From the NCBI GenBank assembly GCA_051008895.1, contig JBPCXI010000225.1:1-20225 (forward strand): 20,225 nt of DNA, read 5' to 3'. This DNA comes from Gammaproteobacteria bacterium (GTDB lineage Bacteria > Pseudomonadota > Gammaproteobacteria > Steroidobacterales > GCA-2729495). The translations under genes and the position numbers were made by a program. Below the pieces are notes generated by a model. The model saw only the letters and a list, made by a program, of their open reading frames with translations, was not told the origin of the DNA and ran no database searches. Of this stretch, positions 16,208 through 20,225 are shown piece after piece. Position 1 is the first letter of the stretch; the number at the start of each line of letters is the position of its first letter.

Positions 16208-16283
16208 GGTGAATGTCGCCTAATGACAGGGCCCCGGGCCGTGAACCCGGAAGATGCGAGTTCGAGTCTCGTCGTTCACCCCA
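16208..16283 (+). tRNA. tRNA-His (anticodon GTG) with G-1 and C73, and an atypical C33.
   Basis: An extra 5' G precedes acceptor GTGAATG/CGTTCAC, and the discriminator is C. Both are His identity elements. Anticodon stem CCGGG/CCCGG with loop CCGTGAA, so position 33 is C. T-arm GCGAG-TTCGAGT-CTCGT. CCA is encoded. Confidence 0.65.
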
Positions 16284-16305
16284 AACAATCAATCCAATCA
16301 ACCAT

Positions 16306-16380
16306 GGATCGTTAGCTCAAACCTAGAGCACCCGGTTCTTACCCGGGACGATGAGGGTTAAAGTCCTTCACGGTCTACCA
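16306..16380 (+). tRNA. tRNA-Lys (anticodon CTT).
   Basis: Acceptor GGATCGT/ACGGTCT with two G-U pairs. D-arm GCTC-AAACCTA-GAGC. Anticodon stem CCCGG/CCGGG with loop TTCTTAC. T-arm GAGGG-TTAAAGT-CCTTC. CCA is encoded. Confidence 0.65.
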
Positions 16381-16393
16381 AATCGAAACCAGC

Positions 16394-16467
16394 TGCCCGA
16401 TCGGTTAGTGGCAAACCGCCGCTCTTACAAAGCGGATCCGACGGTTCGATTCCGTCTCGGGCGACCA
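16394..16467 (+). tRNA. tRNA-Val (anticodon TAC).
   Basis: Acceptor TGCCCGA/TCGGGCG with U1-G72. D-arm GGTT-AGTGGCA-AACC. Anticodon stem CCGCT/AGCGG with loop CTTACAA. T-arm GACGG-TTCGATT-CCGTC. CCA is encoded. Confidence 0.7.
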
Positions 16468-16473
16468 GACAAT

Positions 16474-16550
16474 GCGGCTTTAGCTCAGATGAACAGAGCG
16501 CAACTTTGCGACGGTTGAGGACGAGGGTTTGAGTCCCTCAGGCCGCTCCA
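16474..16550 (+). tRNA. tRNA-Arg (anticodon GCG).
   Basis: Acceptor GCGGCTT/AGGCCGC. D-arm GCTC-AGATGAACA-GAGC. Anticodon stem CAACT/GGTTG with loop TTGCGAC. T-arm GAGGG-TTTGAGT-CCCTC. CCA is encoded. GCG is not the usual bacterial CGN decoder (ACG to ICG). Confidence 0.6.
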
Positions 16551-16554
16551 ATAT

Positions 16555-16628
16555 TGTCCTGTAGCTCAACGGCAGAGCGCCGGCCTGATAAGCCGGTGAC
16601 GTCAGTTCGACTCTGACCTGGACATCCA
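16555..16628 (+). tRNA. tRNA-Ile (anticodon GAT).
   Basis: Acceptor TGTCCTG/CTGGACA has one U-U mismatch. D-arm GCTC-AACGGCA-GAGC. Anticodon stem CCGGC/GCCGG with loop CTGATAA. T-arm GTCAG-TTCGACT-CTGAC. CCA is encoded. Confidence 0.65.
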
Positions 16629-16633
16629 ACCAC

Positions 16634-16711
16634 TGCCGTCTGAAGGGAATTGGCATACCTGCCTGGTTCAGACCCAGGCGTTTCCCGGTTCGAATCCGGG
16701 GACGGCGACCA
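16634..16711 (+). tRNA. tRNA with anticodon CAG (Leu) but class-I architecture (short 5-nt variable arm). The assignment is uncertain.
   Basis: Acceptor TGCCGTC/GACGGCG with U1-G72. The D-stem is 3 bp and the D-loop is long and contains GG. Anticodon stem CCTGG/CCAGG with loop TTCAGAC. The variable region is only CGTTT. T-arm CCCGG-TTCGAAT-CCGGG. CCA is encoded. Bacterial Leu tRNAs normally have a long variable arm. Confidence 0.45.
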
Positions 16712-16862
16712 CTCATTCAGGTAATCCGCGTCGGCATCACGCGTACAGAGCTTGGGCAAGCGACGACGTTCAAAGGCGACGGGCTCCGGGCCCGGCCGGC
16801 GCACTCACGCTACCCATCGCACGGTGTGTACCGAGCGAATCGTGGCACTCAGGCAGCCAACC

Positions 16863-16934
16863 GCTGTTTTAGCTCAGAAGGGTAGAGCGACGAGCATTGT
16901 CTCGTTGTCGAAGGTTCGATTCCTTCATCCAGCA
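16863..16934 (+). pseudogene. Degenerate tRNA-like element (tRNA pseudogene).
   Basis: D-arm GCTC-AGAAGGGTA-GAGC and T-arm GAAGG-TTCGATT-CCTTC are intact. The acceptor GCTGTTT/ATCCAGC has two mismatches. The anticodon region ACGAG-CATTGT-CTCGT has only a 6-nt loop. No CCA is encoded. Confidence 0.35.
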
Positions 16935-16956
16935 CTTCACTGTTAATGAAGCGACT

Positions 16957-16990
16957 TGGTAAGGGTGTAAACCTCGTGGTTCGAATCCAC
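16957..16990 (+). other. tRNA 3'-half remnant. A T-arm is present but no matching 5' acceptor strand.
   Basis: CGTGG-TTCGAAT-CCACC T-arm. No complementary acceptor strand or D-arm can be found upstream. It is followed by about 300 bp of GC-rich spacer. Confidence 0.3.
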
Positions 16991-17329
16991 CCCCGGGCGA
17001 GGGTATCGCCACCTACGCGACGGCCTCCGGCGGCGCCGGATGCATCACCAGGCTCAGGCCGAACGGTGCATCGGGTTAGCCGCAGCACCCGGGGCGCTGA
17101 CGGGACGGACCTGCGGGTCCGCCCGGTCCGGTTTCGCCTGACGAGACCGCGCTGCGGGGCTTTCGAGCACCGTCGCGTCGTCGGTCCGGCCAAGCCGAAT
17201 CCGGTAGCCCGGAACCGTCTGTTTCCGCTACGGATGTGGAGGTCGTCGCACCAATTTTCATGCGTGATGCCGAAATGTTTTTTGGCGCTGCTCACAGGGA
17301 GTGGCGCGGTTTATAGAGGAGATAGAAAA

Positions 17330-18472
17330 ATGTTTTTCATTCGTAAGTTCATCGTGCGCAAGCACGAGCGTGGCCTGCTGTTCAAGCAGGGAGACTTCGT
17401 CCGCTTCCTGGAGCCGGGCGTACTCCGCCTGTTCGATCCGCTGCGTCGAGTGGACGTCGAGCTGCACAACATCGCGCAGCCGGAGTTCGAGCACGGTCTG
17501 GCTGACTTCTTCGTGAAGCAGTTCCCGGCAGACGTCGAGCGCCTGTTCGAGAAGGTCGAGACCCGTGACCACGAGGTCGCGGTGATCTTCAAGAACGGTC
17601 ACTTCGCTGACATCGTCGGTCCGGACCAGCGCAAGCTGTTCTGGAAGGGCATCGTGGACGTGACCGCGCAGGTGGTCGACATCGGCGAGACCTTCGAGGT
17701 CGAGCCGCGCGTCGCGAAGGCTCTGGTCACCGACCTGAAGGGCAAGCGCATCGCGTTGGCGACTAACGCGATCGTCGCCCGCGAGGTGCCGGACGGCCAC
17801 GTTGGCCTGCTGTTCGTGGACGGTGAGCTGATTCGCGAGCTGGCGCCGGGCCTGCACGTGTTCTGGAAGTTCAACCGCGGCATCGCCGTGGAGCTGGTCG
17901 ACCAGCGCGTGCGCGCGCTGGAGGTCGGTGGTCAGGAGATCCTGACCAAGGACAAGGTCGCGCTCCGCGTGAACCTGACCGCGAACTTCCAGTTCACCGA
18001 TGCGCTGAAGGCGACCCAGGTCGCCAAGGACCCGCTGGATTTCCTGTACAAGGAGCTGCAGTTCGGTCTGCGCGCGTCGGTCGGTACCCGCACTCTGGAT
18101 GCGCTACTGGAGGACAAGGGTGCTGTCGACCACGAGGTCTTCGAGCAGGTTCACGACAAGTTCGCGGACATTGGCATCGAGGTGCGCGGCATCGGTGTCA
18201 AGGACATCATCCTCCCGGGTGACATGAAGGAGATCCTGGGCAAGGTGGTGGAGGCGGAGAAGGTGGCTCAGGCCAACGTGATCCGTCGTCGCGAGGAGAC
18301 CAATGCGACCCGTTCGCTGCTGAACACTGCGAAGGTCATGGAGGACAACCCGACCGCGCTGCGTCTGAAGGAGCTGGAGACCCTGGAGAAGGTCACCGAA
18401 AAGGTGGGCAACATCTCGGTCATCGGCGGCCTGGACGGTGTTCGGGACCAGCTGGTTCGCATCAAGCGCTAG
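17330..18472 (+). CDS. SPFH/band-7 (stomatin/prohibitin/flotillin/HflK-C) domain protein.
   Basis: ATG 17330 with a strong Shine-Dalgarno (GAGGAG, 8 nt upstream). The upstream extension of the long ORF (from 16946) is GC-rich non-coding-like sequence. The central and C-terminal regions (VKDIILPGDMKEILGKVVEAEKVAQANVIRRREE..) are SPFH-like with a coiled-coil tail. Confidence 0.75.
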   Translation: MFFIRKFIVRKHERGLLFKQGDFVRFLEPGVLRLFDPLRRVDVELHNIAQPEFEHGLADFFVKQFPADVERLFEKVETRDHEVAVIFKNGHFADIVGPDQRKLFWKGIVDVTAQVVDIGETFEVEPRVAKALVTDLKGKRIALATNAIVAREVPDGHVGLLFVDGELIRELAPGLHVFWKFNRGIAVELVDQRVRALEVGGQEILTKDKVALRVNLTANFQFTDALKATQVAKDPLDFLYKELQFGLRASVGTRTLDALLEDKGAVDHEVFEQVHDKFADIGIEVRGIGVKDIILPGDMKEILGKVVEAEKVAQANVIRRREETNATRSLLNTAKVMEDNPTALRLKELETLEKVTEKVGNISVIGGLDGVRDQLVRIKR

Positions 18473-18475
18473 GAG

Positions 18476-18506
18476 GCCGCCCCCGGCAACGGGGGCGGTT
18501 TTCTTT
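18476..18506 (+). terminator. Rho-independent terminator.
   Basis: GCCGCCCCCG-gcaa-CGGGGGCGGT is a 10-bp GC stem with a GNRA-like tetraloop, followed by TTTCTTT. It lies 4 nt after the SPFH stop, between convergent genes. Confidence 0.7.
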
Positions 18507-18516
18507 GCGCAATGCG

Positions 18517-19896
18517 TTAGTCCCGGTTCAGCGCGCTGATCAGCGGCTGCAGATGTTCTGCGTAATTTTTCCAGCGGCCGATCGACTTGGTGTGCATCGG
18601 CTTTCGAATTTGCGCGCGACTGATATTGAGTACCTCGCGCTTCGTCTCGTAAAAGGATAAACAGGCCGGATCGAAATTCAGGCCGCAATGGTCCAACAGG
18701 TCGCGAATGCGTTCCTCCGGCTCAGTCACAAGTTCTTCATAGTGGCTGACGAAAATCCTGCCCGGCATCAGTTCTTGCCAGTAGCTCATCAGGTCTTGCA
18801 TGTAGCGGGTAATCTCGCCGATCTGTGCGAGGTCGTAGCAGTAGGCCTGGTTGTGTGGAAGGTCTTTCTGGAAATATGAAAGTCCCTGGTCTCGAGGGTC
18901 GCGTTTGCAGTAAATGATCTTTGCGTTGGGCAGCATCACCGCGATCAGTGGTGCATAGAAAAAATTGTAGTTCATCTTGTCGGTGAAAAAGGCCGTGTCT
19001 GCCGAGAGCGACTTCAGGCCTTCGATATAGCGAATCGCGGCATCTTTGAACAACTGCGGATCCACCTTATTGAACCCCTGCGGAAAAGGGCTGCCTGTCT
19101 TCAAGCTGATTTCGTTAATCAGCTCGTTCAGCTGCATCGTTTCACCCGCGCCATAGACCTGTGGGTGGCTACACAGGATTTGCTCCCGCAGCGTCGAACC
19201 TGTTCGCATCATTCCTGTAATGAAAATCGGGCTTTCATCCGGGATTCCGATGTCTTGATAACGAGCGAGAAAATCTTCGTCGAATACCTTCCTGAAATAT
19301 TGAAACCATTCCGCGCGGCCGGCATTAGTCCAGTTCGCTTGGACTGCCCCTATGCGGTTCGCCTCTCTGAAGTATTCGAACGCAGTGTCGTATTGTTGTA
19401 GATCATCAAAAACTTTCCCCAACGCAAAGCCCAGTTTCATTTTTGTCTGGCTGTTCGCGGAAGATTGAGCGTAAATTTCCTGCATCGCGCGAACATCATC
19501 CGTTATCTCGTCATACTGAGTGATAATCGCGATATCGTCGTACAGGTAAGCGTTGCGCGAATCGATGGCAATCGCCGCCCTGAACGCCGCGCATGCATCA
19601 TCGAACTCGTTGTTGTCTCGCAAAAGTTTGCCAAGTTGAATATGCAGTTGGGCCGAATCAGGGTCGGCACGAATGGCGTTTTCGAGCAACCGGCGGAGCT
19701 CGTCGAACGCCAGCGGCTGATCGTCAATTTCGCCCAGTGCGATCAAGGCGGAGACATTGTCGCTATCGACCGCGAGCACCTGCGTATAGATCGCCTTGGC
19801 CTCTTCCAGTTTGCCGGACTGGTGCAGTTGCCGTGCGATTTTCAGCTTGATATCCAGCACAAGATTCCGCCTTCTGCGGTGAAATGATCTATTCAC
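18517..19896 (-). CDS. TPR-repeat protein fused to a C-terminal sulfotransferase domain.
   Basis: The N-terminal half has TPR-like repeats (AKAIYTQVLAVDSDNVSALIALG...). The C-terminal half has the sulfotransferase 5'-PSB-like motif PIFITGMMRTGSTL and the 3'-PB-like motif YCKRDPRDQGLSY. The start is uncertain. The longest ORF begins with GTG at 19896. An internal GTG near 19860 has a better AAGG Shine-Dalgarno. The region is AT-rich compared with its surroundings. Confidence 0.7.
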   Translation of the reverse strand: MNRSFHRRRRNLVLDIKLKIARQLHQSGKLEEAKAIYTQVLAVDSDNVSALIALGEIDDQPLAFDELRRLLENAIRADPDSAQLHIQLGKLLRDNNEFDDACAAFRAAIAIDSRNAYLYDDIAIITQYDEITDDVRAMQEIYAQSSANSQTKMKLGFALGKVFDDLQQYDTAFEYFREANRIGAVQANWTNAGRAEWFQYFRKVFDEDFLARYQDIGIPDESPIFITGMMRTGSTLREQILCSHPQVYGAGETMQLNELINEISLKTGSPFPQGFNKVDPQLFKDAAIRYIEGLKSLSADTAFFTDKMNYNFFYAPLIAVMLPNAKIIYCKRDPRDQGLSYFQKDLPHNQAYCYDLAQIGEITRYMQDLMSYWQELMPGRIFVSHYEELVTEPEERIRDLLDHCGLNFDPACLSFYETKREVLNISRAQIRKPMHTKSIGRWKNYAEHLQPLISALNRD

Positions 19897-20100
19897 ATTT
19901 TATCATCGGCTGAACGCAGTCATGGAGGGCAACCCGACCGCGCCATGTCGGAGCGCGTTAGGTGCCCTGCCACTCGCTTCGCATCGAGTGCCGGGTGGTC
20001 GCCTGGTATAAAATAGACGGTGTGTGCGGCGTACCGCGACCCACCGTGGCGAGGCCGCAAGCGGAAGATACGCGCCGCTGCATTACGAGGAGCACGGAAA

Positions 20101-20225
20101 ATGTTATTGAATCGTCGCTGGGCCGTATGGCCACTGCTGACCGTTATTATGATCGTCGCGTCGAGTGTCGTCGCAGAGGACATGGCGGACAAAGTTGATA
20201 TCGGCCCGATCGCCGAGCATATGCA
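20101..20225 (+). CDS. 5' end of a secreted or membrane-anchored protein. The N-terminal signal peptide is visible and the 3' end is truncated by the window.
   Basis: GAGGAG Shine-Dalgarno 8 nt upstream of the ATG. MLLNRRWAVWPLLTVIMIVASSVVAED has a charged n-region and a hydrophobic h-region. The overlapping antisense and alternative-frame ORFs (19920..20192 - and 19962..20198 +) lack ribosome-binding sites. Confidence 0.4.
   Translation, partial: MLLNRRWAVWPLLTVIMIVASSVVAEDMADKVDIGPIAEHM

Noticed and set aside
16946-17329. N-terminal extension of the SPFH ORF back to 16946.
   Set aside because: The extension is GC-rich and Arg/Pro-rich, and it overlaps the tRNA remnant. A strong GAGGAG Shine-Dalgarno sits directly before ATG 17330, and SPFH homologs begin near that Met.
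1-20225. CRISPR arrays, IS elements, integrases and toxin-antitoxin pairs.
   Set aside because: No regularly spaced direct repeats, transposase-like ORFs, terminal inverted repeats or recombinase motifs were found in any frame of this window.

Overview
This is a high-GC (about 62-65%) bacterial chromosomal window, probably proteobacterial. Nearly all real genes are on the + strand. The long minus-strand ORFs in the track are mostly GC-rich antisense artefacts.

(1) Positions 1-8057 carry a tightly packed, translationally coupled seven-gene cluster. In order it encodes a TPR-like protein that is 5' partial; a membrane protein with a cytoplasmic FHA domain, one TM helix, about 5-6 periplasmic PEGA domains and a C-terminal FGE-sulfatase (SUMF1-type) domain; a small, strongly acidic secreted protein; a 4-TM MotA/TolQ/ExbB-family ion-channel subunit; a cytoplasmic protein with a C-terminal FHA domain; and two paralogous proteins whose N-terminal TM helix carries the ExbD/TolR/MotB-type conserved Asp and is followed by a long coiled coil and a von Willebrand A (MIDAS) domain. 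I do not recognise this gene combination as a described system. An ion-driven ExbB/ExbD-like motor whose ExbD-like subunits carry periplasmic VWA domains, coupled to FHA (phospho-Thr) signalling, looks novel and is the main finding.

(2) Positions 8088-15049 hold housekeeping genes. These are phhB (pterin-4a-carbinolamine dehydratase), an acetolactate synthase large subunit on the minus strand divergent from ilvH, then ilvH-proB-proA-glpD in a row on +.

(3) Positions 15050-15533 are a non-coding structured region. It has a sigma70-like promoter, a perfect 12-bp hairpin and a rho-independent terminator, so it may be a small RNA.

(4) Positions 15534-16990 are a dense tRNA gene array. It contains 13 recognisable tRNAs of 13 different isotypes, two degenerate tRNA-like elements and a tRNA 3' fragment. 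Several members have non-canonical features read by eye: C33 in Pro and His, G37 in Phe, C37 in Asp, a class-I-sized Leu(CAG), Arg(GCG), and mismatched T-stems.

(5) Positions 17330-18472 encode an SPFH/band-7 protein whose codon usage differs from its neighbours. After its terminator comes a low-GC TPR-sulfotransferase gene on the minus strand, and then the 5' end of a signal-peptide protein.
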